The position numbers were made by a program, and so were the translations under genes. A stretch of DNA of 64,000 bases. Origin: a virus. The DNA lies in IMG/VR virus record IMGVR_UViG_3300046477_000491, positions 1 through 64,000 of that record; one strand, written 5' to 3'. Of this stretch, positions 18,505 to 28,647 are shown piece by piece; position 1 is the stretch's first letter, and the number at the start of each line of letters is the position of its first letter. The notes below the pieces were generated by a model, which saw only the letters and a program-made list of their open reading frames with translations, had not been told where the DNA came from and made no database searches.

Positions 18505-19491
18505 TTAGTTGGTTTCCGCGACGAGAACGGCCTGGTCCGTGATCAAGCCGAGGCCCCAGATGGCGTACCAGGCGAGCGCGTGCTCTCGTCCGAAGTCGAG
18601 GATGCCGCCGTCGCGCAATTCGACCGGGAGGGAGATCGCGTGGCCGAACGCATTGTCGCCCAGGAAGATGGACTGGTAGACCGTCTTCCCACTCGCATTC
18701 GTGATCTGCTTGACCTGCGTGGTCTCGATGAACACGGTGTCTGCGATGCGGCCGATCTCACCCAGGAGGAAATTCCCCGGGGCGGCGTACTTGGTGACCT
18801 CGATGAATTCGGGATCATCGCGCAACTTACGCGACTGGTGCGGGTGGATGAAGCACACGTAGGTCTCGCCGAGACGCGGGACATTCTTCGTGGCCAACGT
18901 CTCGACGGCGTCCTTGACGAGCGCCGTGGTGAAGTCGAAGGTGCCGTCGAGGCCGTCCGTGGAAGTCGCGGCGGTGCCGTGGGTGTACACGCCGAGATTC
19001 GTCATCGGAGTGGTCGCGGCGTACTTGTTGTAACCCCAGATCTTCGAGGTCGCCTGAAGCAGGGTGTCCCTCGCGGACTGGTCGAGGTAGAGAGCCATGT
19101 TGCGTCCGAGCAGGCGCGATGCACTCGCCATGACGTCGTCGAACGAGGCGTTCAACAGCAACTCGGAAACCGCGACGGCGTAGCCGTGCTCAGCCACGGT
19201 AATGCTGAACTGAGAGGCCGAGAGGGCGTTGGTCTGCATGCGCACACCTTCGACCAACTGCGATGCAGCGCCGAGGTTGTTGTAACGCATGAAGTTGATC
19301 GTCAGACCGGGCTGAACGCCGAGTTCGGTCTTCTTGACGGCGAACTGCTCGAAACGCAGAATCGGCATGGACTGGAACAAGATTTCCTTGCTCCAGATGG
19401 TCTGGATGGCCGCACCGAGAGTGCTGTTGGCGCCCGAGTAGTTCGTCGGCGAACCCGACAGATTCGGGGTACCAGTGATCGCGCTAGGCAT
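18505..19491 (-). CDS. Major capsid protein (N4-gp56-like family)
   Basis: 'G.TINFMRYNNL...L.EGV', 'EHGYAV.VS', 'YVCFIHPHQ..LRDDPEF...Y...GEIG'; follows the scaffold gene. Confidence 0.9.
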   Translation of the reverse strand: MPSAITGTPNLSGSPTNYSGANSTLGAAIQTIWSKEILFQSMPILRFEQFAVKKTELGVQPGLTINFMRYNNLGAASQLVEGVRMQTNALSASQFSITVAEHGYAVAVSELLLNASFDDVMASASRLLGRNMALYLDQSARDTLLQATSKIWGYNKYAATTPMTNLGVYTHGTAATSTDGLDGTFDFTTALVKDAVETLATKNVPRLGETYVCFIHPHQSRKLRDDPEFIEVTKYAAPGNFLLGEIGRIADTVFIETTQVKQITNASGKTVYQSIFLGDNAFGHAISLPVELRDGGILDFGREHALAWYAIWGLGLITDQAVLVAETN

Positions 19492-19526
19492 ACTTGGATT
19501 TCCTTAGTTACGGGTACTCGACCGAA

Positions 19527-20387
19527 TTACGAGTACAGTCCACGCTGGTTCTGGGCTGCCTGTCCGACGCCCAACTGGCCCCGAATCTTGGCGTACTCCG
19601 ACATCGGCATGTCACGGAGGTCAGAAAGGGAGTACGACTTAGTGCCCGGATCGGTGTCCATCGGTCCCGTGGTGGAATAGCCCGTGGGGCTCACACCACG
19701 CATGGAAGCACGCTGCTGAATTGCTGCCTGCTGAACCGATTCCAGAATAGCCTGGGTCTTCGCCTTGACTGTAGCGATGGAAGCCTCGACCTCTTCCGGC
19801 GAATTACCGCCGACGAAGTCGAGAAGTTCGGGAGCGATCTCGTTGGTCTCTTCACCGACGCGACGCTGAATGTAGGTCTGGAGGTTGTTGAACTCCTGCT
19901 CCTTGGCGAACAGGGTGCGCTCCTGCTCACGCTCGCGCTCGATCTGCTCGAAGCGGGTGTTCCACTCCTGCTCCTTGACCGACAGGAGGTCCTTGACGGA
20001 CAGTTCCTCCTCCGCCTGGCGCTTCGCCTGGGCCTGAGCCTCCTGGCGCTTGCGCTCCTCCTCGGCCTGGGCCTCCTCGCGCGCCTTGCGCTGGGACTCG
20101 ATCTCGTCCAGGAACTTCTTGTTCTGCTCCTCGACGGTCTGAAGGCGCTTGTACAACTTGTCCTTCTCCTCAGACCGCGCCCGCTGGATGTCCTCGGCGG
20201 TGAACCGCGCCTCGGCCGGAGGGGTGGCAGGGGTCTCGACGACAGCGGCCGGGACGACGACAACGGGGTCGCCACCCTCGCCGGGCTGCGGAGCGCCACC
20301 TGCGATGGCGTGGATCGGACGGCCGTCCTTGCGGTACCCGAGAATCACGTCGGCGGGCACCGAGATGCCCGAGGTATTAAGCGTCAT
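19527..20387 (-). CDS. Capsid scaffolding protein
   Basis: Coiled-coil E/Q/K-rich protein between portal and capsid genes; 'FTAEDIQRARSEEKDKLY'. Confidence 0.8.
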   Translation of the reverse strand: MTLNTSGISVPADVILGYRKDGRPIHAIAGGAPQPGEGGDPVVVVPAAVVETPATPPAEARFTAEDIQRARSEEKDKLYKRLQTVEEQNKKFLDEIESQRKAREEAQAEEERKRQEAQAQAKRQAEEELSVKDLLSVKEQEWNTRFEQIEREREQERTLFAKEQEFNNLQTYIQRRVGEETNEIAPELLDFVGGNSPEEVEASIATVKAKTQAILESVQQAAIQQRASMRGVSPTGYSTTGPMDTDPGTKSYSLSDLRDMPMSEYAKIRGQLGVGQAAQNQRGLYS

Positions 20388-20399
20388 GGGGACGAACTC

Positions 20400-22121
20400 C
20401 TAGTCGGTACTTTTGTCCGGGTCGCGGCGAAGCCCAGCACGCGGGCCGTACGCCTGTGTCACGATTTCGTTAGTCATCTTCTGAATCTCAGGCGCAGTGA
20501 TGTTGCCGAGTTCGACACCACCGGGAAGCGTCACCGGATTCGGACCACCAGGCTGCGGGCCGACGGGGTTTCCATCTGCATCAGTCTGGGGTGCAGGCGC
20601 CTCCGCCCCTTCAGGCGGCATTCCCGTCAACTGGAGAATACTCGAATCGATCTGCGCCTTTAGCATTCGCAGAGCGCCCTGCTGCTTGGCGTCCTCGATC
20701 TGCTCCTCGAATATCTCGCGGACCTTCTCGTCCGGGAACTCCTCGCCCAAATCGTGGAGGGCTCCGCGCATGGACTCAAGGCCCATCGACATCTTCGCCT
20801 GGATCTCGTTCAACTTGATGAGGGTGTCGACCGGGAGAGGGGCAGGCCATTCACACTCGGTGAAGTAGGCCATCGGGTCGAGAACATCCACCATCGGCGG
20901 CTGATCGTCCTTCATGATTCCCTCGGTGGAGGGGTCGTACAGCCGGGATTCCGGCTCGAAGGTGAACAGCGTCTTGAGGATGAGTTCGTTGACCTTCTGG
21001 AGGCCGACGGAGTACTGCATCTTCTTCTGGTCGTAGCGGGACATCATCGGCCGGTACATGATCGCGAGGGCGACACCGGACGTATTCGACGCGGGCTGCA
21101 TTTGACCGAGCGCCGTTTCCGGAACGCCCGTGATCTCATGCATGGAACGCTTGATCATCTCAAGGTACTGAAGCGGCCCGGCGAGATCCACGCCATTCTC
21201 CAGGTTATACACTTGGGCTTCCTTGGGAAGTCCGCCCCACACCTTGCGTGGGCCCTTCTCAAGGTTGCTCGCTTTCGCGCCGCTGATGATCGTTACGGGG
21301 GCTGCGTGGTAATTGATGATGTCGCTGATATCCGTCGCCTTCTCGTTGTACTCACGGTTCAGCGAGATGATGTCGGCGATGTCCGACAGACCCCACGGAG
21401 AACCAGAGACCTGAGCATTGGCGATGTGCACGACCGGAATGGTCCCGAGAGGGTTCGGCCGGGAGTCGATCAACTCGTCATTCAGGTACTCCTCGATCGA
21501 GTCGTCCGTCAGGACCTCGACATAGGTGTACACCGAACGCGTCCCGTCTTCACCCGTCGCCCAGAAGCGGTACTTCAGTTTGAATCGGATCAGACGGTCC
21601 CGGTCGTGGGGGTGCCACTCCGGGAAGCAGAAGGAAGCGTTCAGGGGAAGGATGCGTACGCGGCCTGGGTGTAGTTGTCCCGTGCTGTCTTCGAATGCAG
21701 GCTCATACGCGACCTTGACGAAGGAGTCCCCGGAGATGCCGCCCTGCTGGCCCATCTCCCACAGCAACTGCTCCTTGCGGTTGTCGACCTCCCAGGCCCT
21801 CTTCAAAAGGCCCGGGATGATGTGCTCGTACTGCTTGACGCTCTTGAAGTGAACGCCCCTGCCGAATGTGAAATTGTTAATGTAGTCGGCGAACGCCTTC
21901 ACGTAGTTGAACGTGATCTGAGCCTCGCCCGCTTCTCTCCGGTAACCCCAGTGATGACCCAGGTAGTATGCAAAGTTCTGGCTATACCGGTTCAAGCGAG
22001 GCCCGTGCACCTCAAACTCCTCATCGGCCAGTTCGACAAGGCCGAGAGGAGAGATCGACACCGTAAGGTCCGACCCCGAAGCCCGCATGCTGGGGCTCGC
22101 GAATGAGATTGCACCGCTCAT
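20400..22121 (-). CDS. Portal protein (SPP1 gp6-like)
   Basis: 573 aa; 'NPLGTIPVVHIAN...WGLSDI', 'SNTSGVAL'; upstream of scaffold and capsid. Confidence 0.88.
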   Translation of the reverse strand: MSGAISFASPSMRASGSDLTVSISPLGLVELADEEFEVHGPRLNRYSQNFAYYLGHHWGYRREAGEAQITFNYVKAFADYINNFTFGRGVHFKSVKQYEHIIPGLLKRAWEVDNRKEQLLWEMGQQGGISGDSFVKVAYEPAFEDSTGQLHPGRVRILPLNASFCFPEWHPHDRDRLIRFKLKYRFWATGEDGTRSVYTYVEVLTDDSIEEYLNDELIDSRPNPLGTIPVVHIANAQVSGSPWGLSDIADIISLNREYNEKATDISDIINYHAAPVTIISGAKASNLEKGPRKVWGGLPKEAQVYNLENGVDLAGPLQYLEMIKRSMHEITGVPETALGQMQPASNTSGVALAIMYRPMMSRYDQKKMQYSVGLQKVNELILKTLFTFEPESRLYDPSTEGIMKDDQPPMVDVLDPMAYFTECEWPAPLPVDTLIKLNEIQAKMSMGLESMRGALHDLGEEFPDEKVREIFEEQIEDAKQQGALRMLKAQIDSSILQLTGMPPEGAEAPAPQTDADGNPVGPQPGGPNPVTLPGGVELGNITAPEIQKMTNEIVTQAYGPRAGLRRDPDKSTD

Positions 22122-22139
22122 GGGTAAACGACTCCGACT

Positions 22140-22433
22140 TTAGATCTCGACGACGCGCGTGGGCGCGAGGGAACGTGCAGACTTCTTCGCTGCACGGCGG
22201 CTCTCGAAAGGCTCCTCACCGCGCTGCACGACATTGCCGTTCGGCAGAACCTCGTGCAGGAAGTACTGGCGGCTCTTGGAGCCGTCCTCGGTCTCTACGG
22301 GAATGCCCCGCACCAGATAGCGTTCGTCGATCAGGTGCTTCCCAACCGTGTCCCCCTTTGACAGGGGCAGCTTGGGAAGCACCTCATCGACGGACGCCTT
22401 CGGTGCCCTGCGGCGGTCATGGAACGCAACCAT
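22140..22433 (-). CDS. Hypothetical protein
   Basis: 97 aa ORF in the operon before the portal gene. Confidence 0.6.
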   Translation of the reverse strand: MVAFHDRRRAPKASVDEVLPKLPLSKGDTVGKHLIDERYLVRGIPVETEDGSKSRQYFLHEVLPNGNVVQRGEEPFESRRAAKKSARSLAPTRVVEI

Positions 22434-22436
22434 GGA

Positions 22437-22838
22437 TCAGTCGTCCACTACCGCCGGGGAAAGCCGCTCGTAGCGGCTGCCGTTACGCACGACCTCCTCG
22501 TAGGAGACGGCCGCGTAGTCGGAGAACGAACCGTGCGAGAACTCCCCGAGATACGTCGGGGCCTCGACCCACGCGGCAGAGCCGACGTGAACCCGCTCCG
22601 CCATGGTCTCCTCGGGGAACTTCTCGTAGACGTTCGCGTTGTGATTCGGCCGACCAGGCGCCGTGAGGTAGCCCTGCATGACGCCCTTGGTGAATTCATT
22701 CGGGACGTCCGTGTCAGTGGCCACGCCCTCCTCAAATCGAAGAGGACCGCGCCGGGCGCCGTTGTTGGCGACCTTGCGCTCGTAGACCGTGCCGACGCGC
22801 TCCTGGAACTGCGGGTCGGGTGCGAGATTTCCTGCCAT
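22437..22838 (-). CDS. Hypothetical protein, first gene of the head operon
   Basis: 133 aa with GAGGA RBS. Confidence 0.65.
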   Translation of the reverse strand: MAGNLAPDPQFQERVGTVYERKVANNGARRGPLRFEEGVATDTDVPNEFTKGVMQGYLTAPGRPNHNANVYEKFPEETMAERVHVGSAAWVEAPTYLGEFSHGSFSDYAAVSYEEVVRNGSRYERLSPAVVDD

Positions 22839-22910
22839 TCCGTAATCCTCTTCCGATAGCGAAGGAACGCTTCAAGCGTAGGAGGATTACGGACGGCATT
22901 GTTAATACCG

Positions 22911-24290
22911 CTAAGAGAGACCGGCCCAGACAGTTCCGTTCGCCACGTTGGTAATGCTGCCCAGTGTGACCGCCCCGGGAAGTGAGGAAAGGCTGGAGCC
23001 GTAAGCGCCGAATCGGTAGGCGGAAGCCGTCAGGTTCACGTTGGCCATACCGAGAATCGCGTTGGTTCCTCGGGCCACCGTCGGCATGGTCGTCCCGGCC
23101 GACACCAGGAAGGCCACCCAGTACCAGCCTGGGGCTAGGGAATGGGAGATCCCCATCGCGGCCGACTTCACGCCGGTCGACGTCATCGCCGTGGACTGGT
23201 CCGGGCTCTGGTCGATGAGCACGCCGGAGGAGTTGTACAGGCCCACGTAGGTGCCGGACAGTCCTGCACCGACGTTGGTGACCGCGTACCAGAAGGTGCT
23301 GACCGACTTCGTGGTGCGGATGAACACCTTGGACAGCGCGAGGGCGCCAGAGGACAGGGCCACGCCGGACGGGTTGGCCGTGGCCGGGTCGTGCGTCCAG
23401 GTGACGAGGCCGTGGTCGGCGGGCACCGCGAAGTTGGCGTTGGTGAGGTCGAGCGCGGAGACATCGGCAGCGTTCAGCGTGATGCTCGTGCCGCTCTTGC
23501 CGTTGACCGTGGTCGGCGTTCCCTGCGCACCGGTATCTCCCTTGGGCCCTTGAGGGCCGGGCACGGTGGAGTCAGCACCGGCCGGACCGGTGGCGCCCTG
23601 CGGCCCCTGTGGACCCGCGCCGCCCTGCACACCCTGGGGGCCGGTGGCACCTGTGTCGCCCTTCGGGCCCTGCGGACCGGCCGGGCCGGGCACGGTGGAG
23701 TCGGCGCCAGCAGGACCAGCGGGACCAGGCACGGTGGAGTCAGCACCGGCAGGACCCTGTGGACCAGCAGGACCAGCAGGACCAGCAGGACCGGGGTCAC
23801 CCTGGTCGCCCTTGGGGCCTGCTGCGGCCTGGGGGATGTTGATGGTGCCCATGGATGAGGGCACCTCGACGAGGGCGGCCAGGGACACCGAAGGCACGGC
23901 GTACGGCAGCGCGACGCTGTAGGGCCGCACGGTCTGCCCGGCCACGACACCAGAGACCTTGTAGGTGAAGTTCTTCGGGGACAGCGCCGCGTTGTCGGTG
24001 GCAATCAGAGGCACGGAGACCTGGCCGTTGACCAACTCGAACGTCTGGCGGCGCAGCCGGATCGTCGTACCCGAGACGGGGTCGACGAGGCTGTCTATGG
24101 AGGGGTCGAAGATGAACCGGCCCGTGGCGGGCTTACCTCGGTCGTCAAGGAAGGTTCCGGTGACGGTGACCGTCAGGACGGAGGACGGAAGCGTGGGCAC
24201 AGACGGGTCCGTGCTGCTGGTCACGGTGGAGGGCTGCTGGGATGTCCAGCCCGGGGAATTCCACTCGTCGCCGTAGTAATCGTCGGCCAT
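22911..24290 (-). CDS. Collagen-like (Gly-X-Y) fibre protein
   Basis: About 100-residue GPA/GPQ repeat block between an N-terminal anchor domain and a C-terminal beta domain; AGGA RBS at the ATG (24290). Confidence 0.85.
   Translation of the reverse strand: MADDYYGDEWNSPGWTSQQPSTVTSSTDPSVPTLPSSVLTVTVTGTFLDDRGKPATGRFIFDPSIDSLVDPVSGTTIRLRRQTFELVNGQVSVPLIATDNAALSPKNFTYKVSGVVAGQTVRPYSVALPYAVPSVSLAALVEVPSSMGTINIPQAAAGPKGDQGDPGPAGPAGPAGPQGPAGADSTVPGPAGPAGADSTVPGPAGPQGPKGDTGATGPQGVQGGAGPQGPQGATGPAGADSTVPGPQGPKGDTGAQGTPTTVNGKSGTSITLNAADVSALDLTNANFAVPADHGLVTWTHDPATANPSGVALSSGALALSKVFIRTTKSVSTFWYAVTNVGAGLSGTYVGLYNSSGVLIDQSPDQSTAMTSTGVKSAAMGISHSLAPGWYWVAFLVSAGTTMPTVARGTNAILGMANVNLTASAYRFGAYGSSLSSLPGAVTLGSITNVANGTVWAGLS
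23550..23800. repeat. Internal repeats of the collagen gene (GGCACGGTGGAGTC(A/G)GC three times; GGACCAGCA tandem)
   Basis: Visible direct repeats encoding GADSTVPGP and GPA. Confidence 0.8.
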
Positions 24291-24298
24291 GCTATTCC

Positions 24299-25876
24299 TT
24301 AGCGCTGGAAGGGAGAATTGGAAACTTCGACCTCGGGCATCGTGTAGTCCTTGGTGAGGACACAAGCGAGTGCCAGGGAGTCCGCGTAGTCGTCGTGTGC
24401 GTCAGCCGCGCGCGGGGCTTCTGCCAGGACGTACGGGCCTTCGAATTTCTTCTCCAAGTCTTCCATCTGCTGACGGAAACGCTTGTAACTCTTGAGGCGC
24501 CGGGTGTAAGCGTGAGCGGGCCAGGAGATGTGTCCCCGGTCCATCAGTTCCATGAGGTGCTTCCAGCGCTTGGACTGCTCGGGGCGCTGGGAATTCAAGG
24601 GGACGATGTCGATGTGTGGCAGGAGGACCTTGAGCCGGGATATGACGACGTCACCGACTCCGCCCTCGTCGACCCCGATCGCCATCACGTTGTAGTTCGA
24701 GACGAATTCCACGATCCGGTAGTACTGGGCCTCCCAGTCCATGCCTGCGAGGTCGAGCCAGTTCAGGATCCGGTGCTCGAAGTAGCCGTACTCGTCGGGC
24801 TGCTCCCAGCGGACCCAGACGGCCGTGACGATCGTGCTGTCCTGCTTGCGGGCTGGGTCGATGCCGATGACGATCGGGCTGGCATGGTAGGCCGGGACGA
24901 TCTGCATGGAGGTGTCGCCGAGGTCGTCCAGCCGCTCGGAGGTCGTGAACATGCCCTTGTCGAGCAGCCAGATGAGGCGGTAGGACAACTTGAATTCGTC
25001 GGAGTCCTCACCGATGCGCAGGAGTTCCTTCTTGACGAATTTCCGGTAGTAGTCGGACCACTTCGAGACCTCTTTCCAGTCGGCGTCGAAATGGTTCTGC
25101 CGGGCTCCCCTGCGAGTGGCGGTCCTCCGGTTGATCTGAATCTGGTTGTAAAACACCCCCTTCTCATAGGTGGGTGTGCCGGTGAATACCATCGTGGCAT
25201 TCGTCGAGGCGCCCATCGGGCCGATCGACTTGTTGACCATCTTGGCGTCGGCGCCCTGGCACTCGTCGATAAGGATCAGGTGGTAGGTGCGGCCTTCGAT
25301 GGTGGCGCGGGGGTGACAGGTCTGCTTTCGCACGAGACTGCCGGAGCGCTTGAGGGTAATGGAGCGGCCCTTGCCCTGCACGGTCTCGTCGATTTCCGGG
25401 TCCGCCATGATTTCCAGGGCATGTTCACTGGTGAGGCGGGCCACGATACGGCCGTACAAGTTATCCGCCTGCTCTTCGACAGGCGCAAAAGCGCCGACCC
25501 AGAGCCCTTCCTTGAACTTGCCCAGGAGGTCGGGGAAGATCTTCGCCAGCCGGGGCAGCATGATCATGCAGGCGGCGACGCAGTTGGCCACGGTCTCGCT
25601 CTTGCCGGACTGGCGGGAGAACAGCGCGGTGATGGTGGCGCCGTCGTCGATGATCAGCGACTCGATCAGACGGGCCGCGAAGGGGCGCTGGTAGGGGCGC
25701 AGCGGGTGGCCGGAGACCTCATCGACGATGACGAGGAGTTTGGCGACCAGTTCGTCCACGAACTGCTGGCTGGTCTGGTCGAGGACCACCTCGGTGTCGA
25801 GCCGGGCCTGGTGTTCCGCCTCGGTCTCGTCACTGATCGCGTCCTCGGACTCGATTTCCTCCGTAACAGCAGACAC
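24299..25876 (-). CDS. Terminase large subunit
   Basis: Walker A SRQSGKSE, Walker B LILIDE, coupling motif TGTP, RNase H-type nuclease 'IGIDPA...DST' and '[11 protein letters not shown]'. Confidence 0.93.
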   Translation of the reverse strand: MSAVTEEIESEDAISDETEAEHQARLDTEVVLDQTSQQFVDELVAKLLVIVDEVSGHPLRPYQRPFAARLIESLIIDDGATITALFSRQSGKSETVANCVAACMIMLPRLAKIFPDLLGKFKEGLWVGAFAPVEEQADNLYGRIVARLTSEHALEIMADPEIDETVQGKGRSITLKRSGSLVRKQTCHPRATIEGRTYHLILIDECQGADAKMVNKSIGPMGASTNATMVFTGTPTYEKGVFYNQIQINRRTATRRGARQNHFDADWKEVSKWSDYYRKFVKKELLRIGEDSDEFKLSYRLIWLLDKGMFTTSERLDDLGDTSMQIVPAYHASPIVIGIDPARKQDSTIVTAVWVRWEQPDEYGYFEHRILNWLDLAGMDWEAQYYRIVEFVSNYNVMAIGVDEGGVGDVVISRLKVLLPHIDIVPLNSQRPEQSKRWKHLMELMDRGHISWPAHAYTRRLKSYKRFRQQMEDLEKKFEGPYVLAEAPRAADAHDDYADSLALACVLTKDYTMPEVEVSNSPFQR

Positions 25877-25959
25877 GCCTAACCCCAATCCGTTTACATT
25901 ACGGATTCGAGATTAGGCGTTTCTGTCTACGGCTTTGTAATTATGGCTTGACAAGAGGT

Positions 25960-26223
25960 TCAGGGGTTCTTGCGGATGTCCCGCTTGCTCACGATCTGCT
26001 GGGCCCGCTGCCGGGTGAACCCGAACATCTCGCCGAGGCGGTCGAAGGTGTAGCGGCCCTTGTAGTAGACGGCCTCGACGAGGGCGTCACGCCCCTCCGT
26101 GGACACCGCCGGGTAGTCGTTGTAGCAGCGCTCGTCGCAGTACACCGCCGCATCCTTCTTGCCGACGCCGACCGTCCTGCGGCAGCCCCGGCAGCGGATC
26201 GCGACCAGTTCGGGATCAGTCAT
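25960..26223 (-). CDS. Zn-finger plus HTH DNA-binding protein (sigma region 4-like)
   Basis: CRGC...YCDERC followed by 'TFDRLGEMFGFTRQRAQQIV'. Confidence 0.75.
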   Translation of the reverse strand: MTDPELVAIRCRGCRRTVGVGKKDAAVYCDERCYNDYPAVSTEGRDALVEAVYYKGRYTFDRLGEMFGFTRQRAQQIVSKRDIRKNP

Positions 26224-26500
26224 CGTCGCCACCCTCCGCCCGCTCGAACTCCATCGACTGGTCCTGGTCGAGTCCCGGCTCGTAGCCGAGGTCCTGATAG
26301 GCGTCGTCCAGGCCCGCCATGATCTCGGGGAAGTGCTCCTGGGGGAAGGTCACACCACGGCCGTACGCGTCGAGGGAGGGGATGAACTCGCGGACGTCCA
26401 CAAACGTGCCGTCCCCCGGGGTGTCCACGGTGGAGACGTGCAACTCCTTGTCGAACACAAGCGGCACACGCTTGAACACCTTCCGGGCTTCGTCAGCCAT
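26216..26500 (-). CDS. PC4/YdbC-like ssDNA-binding protein
   Basis: 'LHVS.......FVDVREF......GRGVTF' pattern with acidic tail. Confidence 0.6.
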   Translation of the reverse strand: MADEARKVFKRVPLVFDKELHVSTVDTPGDGTFVDVREFIPSLDAYGRGVTFPQEHFPEIMAGLDDAYQDLGYEPGLDQDQSMEFERAEGGDDD

Positions 26501-26617
26501 GACCGCACTCCTGTCGATAGTCCATCCTGACCTTCGAGGCTACACCTCTGCAAGCAGTCTCGACAAGTCGCTTGACGAGCGAGTAGAGTGAAGACCCACG
26601 ACAGTAGGAGACACACC

Positions 26618-26836
26618 ATGGGCATGTACCCGATGCGCGACCCGGAGAAGTGCCCGAAGTGCGGCCGGAACCTTAAAGAGGACCCCAAGCCCGTACGCCC
26701 CTCTGTGCCCGGATTTCCGGACGATGTAGCGTTCGGCGAAGATCCGGCCTGTGGGGGGCGCTGGCACGTGTGGGACAGGACCTCTCCGCTGCGGAGCCAA
26801 GCACAACCGTATGTGGATGGAGCGACCCATGTCTGA
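26618..26836 (+). CDS. Small Zn-ribbon hypothetical protein
   Basis: AGGAG RBS, CPKC motif. Confidence 0.6.
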   Translation: MGMYPMRDPEKCPKCGRNLKEDPKPVRPSVPGFPDDVAFGEDPACGGRWHVWDRTSPLRSQAQPYVDGATHV

Positions 26837-27110
26837 TGAGCAATTCCGCTACAACAGCATCAACCACCAGGTCGGCAACGCCCTCAACCCGAACCCGCCC
26901 GAGGGCTACGACCCGACGATGGACGCCATGCAGCACCAGTTGATGCGTGAGCAGCACGACTTCTACATGCAGCAGCAGCAGTACGCGAACCACCAGCCCC
27001 AGGGAGACAGCCAGCCTGACTTCCTCGACCGGATATTCGGTCTCTGCATGCTGATCTTCGTCCTCGGGTTCGTCGTCTACGCAGCGGTCGGCGCCGCTTT
27101 CGGCAACTAA
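26829..27110 (+). CDS. Small membrane protein
   Basis: GGAG RBS, C-terminal hydrophobic helix. Confidence 0.6.
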   Translation: MSDEQFRYNSINHQVGNALNPNPPEGYDPTMDAMQHQLMREQHDFYMQQQQYANHQPQGDSQPDFLDRIFGLCMLIFVLGFVVYAAVGAAFGN

Positions 27111-27130
27111 CCTGCGAGACTCCGCACAGA

Positions 27131-27169
27131 GAAGCCCCCGACTGATTTTGGGGATCAGTCGGGGGCTTC
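27131..27169. terminator. Bidirectional terminator hairpin
   Basis: GAAGCCCCCGACTGAT...ATCAGTCGGGGGCTTC between convergent genes. Confidence 0.8.
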
Positions 27170-27175
27170 GTCGTA

Positions 27176-28249
27176 TCACCGTGCCTGGCGCAGCGGCACG
27201 ACGTTGTGCTGGGAGACCATCGAGGTCAGGAACGGCTGGCCCTTCATCGTCTCGTCCCGACGCCTGCGCTCCGAGGACAGGCCCAGGTACCGCTCCGTGG
27301 TCGCCATGGACGAGTGATGCAGCAGCGCCGAGACCGTACGGAGCGCGGCGTCGTAGCCGGACTCCTCCGACAGCTTGTCGAAGTACGCACGCGCCACGGC
27401 CCGGCGCACCGTGTGCGTCCCCTCATAGCGGGTCGGCAGGCCCAGCTTCTCCAAGGCCCCCTTCACGATCTTCTCCGTCCGCTCGACCGGCCGGTCCGGG
27501 TGCCACACGTACGGGGTCCGCTCGTACACCCGCCGCCCCAGGTCCTCGTCGAAGTAGTGCGTCTTGATCTGGTTGCCCGACCGCGAGGGGAAGAGGTAGT
27601 CGTCCGGCCGCAGCGGACGCCCGAGCAGTGCCGCGTACTCCTCGAACCAGATGCGCAGCTCCCGCTCCAGGTCGGCGGTCAGCGGCATCTCGTCCTCCTC
27701 CTTCGTCTTGATCACGGTCACGAAGACCTCACTCTGCGCGAAGTCGACGTCCCCGACCTTCAGGGCTTGCAGCTCGCTCGCGCGGCACGCGGTGTTCACG
27801 GCCGCCGCCAGGTACGCCCGGTGCATCGCGCACTCGGCCTGGTCCAGGAGCTGGAGGAGGATCCCCGGGGCGGGCTGCATCCGCTTGCGCAGCGGCTCGG
27901 GCAGCGGCTCGACCAGGGAGAGGTAGTTGTCCAGCGGGGCGTGTCCGTTGGCGCGGGCGTAGGCGAAGAACACCTTCAGGCGCTTGCGGTAGTGGTTGTG
28001 TGTCGTCGGTCCGACGGCCGCGCGCAGGGCCTGGCCCTTGATGCGGGTGACGTGGATGTCCATGAGCCCGCCGTCGCCGTAGAAGAAGTCCCGGACGAGC
28101 TGCGGGGTGAGGTCGTCGAAGCTGGGGTTGCCGAGGTGGTCGGCGAAACGGGGCAGCAGGCTCTCGTCCGTACGCATGGTGTTGTCGGCCTTGGCCACGC
28201 GCCGGTTGTCCAGGTACTCGTCGATCGCGCTGCGCAGTGCGGTGGTCAC
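27176..28249 (-). CDS. Tyrosine recombinase / integrase
   Basis: Catalytic R (TACRASEL), K (IKTK), HxxR (HTVRR), H (LLHH) and Y (TERYL). Confidence 0.92.
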   Translation of the reverse strand: MTTALRSAIDEYLDNRRVAKADNTMRTDESLLPRFADHLGNPSFDDLTPQLVRDFFYGDGGLMDIHVTRIKGQALRAAVGPTTHNHYRKRLKVFFAYARANGHAPLDNYLSLVEPLPEPLRKRMQPAPGILLQLLDQAECAMHRAYLAAAVNTACRASELQALKVGDVDFAQSEVFVTVIKTKEEDEMPLTADLERELRIWFEEYAALLGRPLRPDDYLFPSRSGNQIKTHYFDEDLGRRVYERTPYVWHPDRPVERTEKIVKGALEKLGLPTRYEGTHTVRRAVARAYFDKLSEESGYDAALRTVSALLHHSSMATTERYLGLSSERRRRDETMKGQPFLTSMVSQHNVVPLRQAR

Positions 28250-28371
28250 GCTGCCTCCTGTTGCGGGGTGTCGCTGCGGACCTCAGCGTATCGACGTCAA
28301 GCGACCTTGGCAATCCCCTTCACAAGGTTCGAAGGTAGACGTAATCCGGAAGCCGTAGTAGCGTTCCTGGC

Positions 28372-28524
28372 ATGACGAACCTGACAACGCTTAATACCTC
28401 GGGCTCCAACGAGCCCCAGGTCACCGTGACCCTCACCAACAACCGGATGGAAGACAGCCGCTGGAACCGGCTCCTCACCATCCTCTTCACCCCGCAGGAC
28501 GAAGACGCGCCCGCAGCGAGCTAG
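28372..28524 (+). CDS. 50-aa protein upstream of the serine recombinase (MTNLTTLNTSGSNEPQ...), possibly leaderless
   Basis: Open frame not in the ORF track; TAGACG-17-TAGCGT promoter ends 7 nt before the ATG. Confidence 0.6.
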   Translation: MTNLTTLNTSGSNEPQVTVTLTNNRMEDSRWNRLLTILFTPQDEDAPAAS

Positions 28525-28647
28525 CACAACTCCCCCACACAAACGGGCCGTTCCCCATATACTGCGCTGATCAACAAGACGGGCCTGCCCACCGCGAGTC
28601 TAGGCGCGGGGACAGGCCCTTGATCAGTCTGTAAAGGAGACTGAGCC

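Noticed and set aside
22901-22909. GTTAATACC, plus CTTAATGGC (about 2352) and CTTAATCTC (about 33365), as extra copies of the 9-mer
   Set aside because: Each has mismatches, and the 22901 copy is in the opposite orientation. Not counted among the 16.
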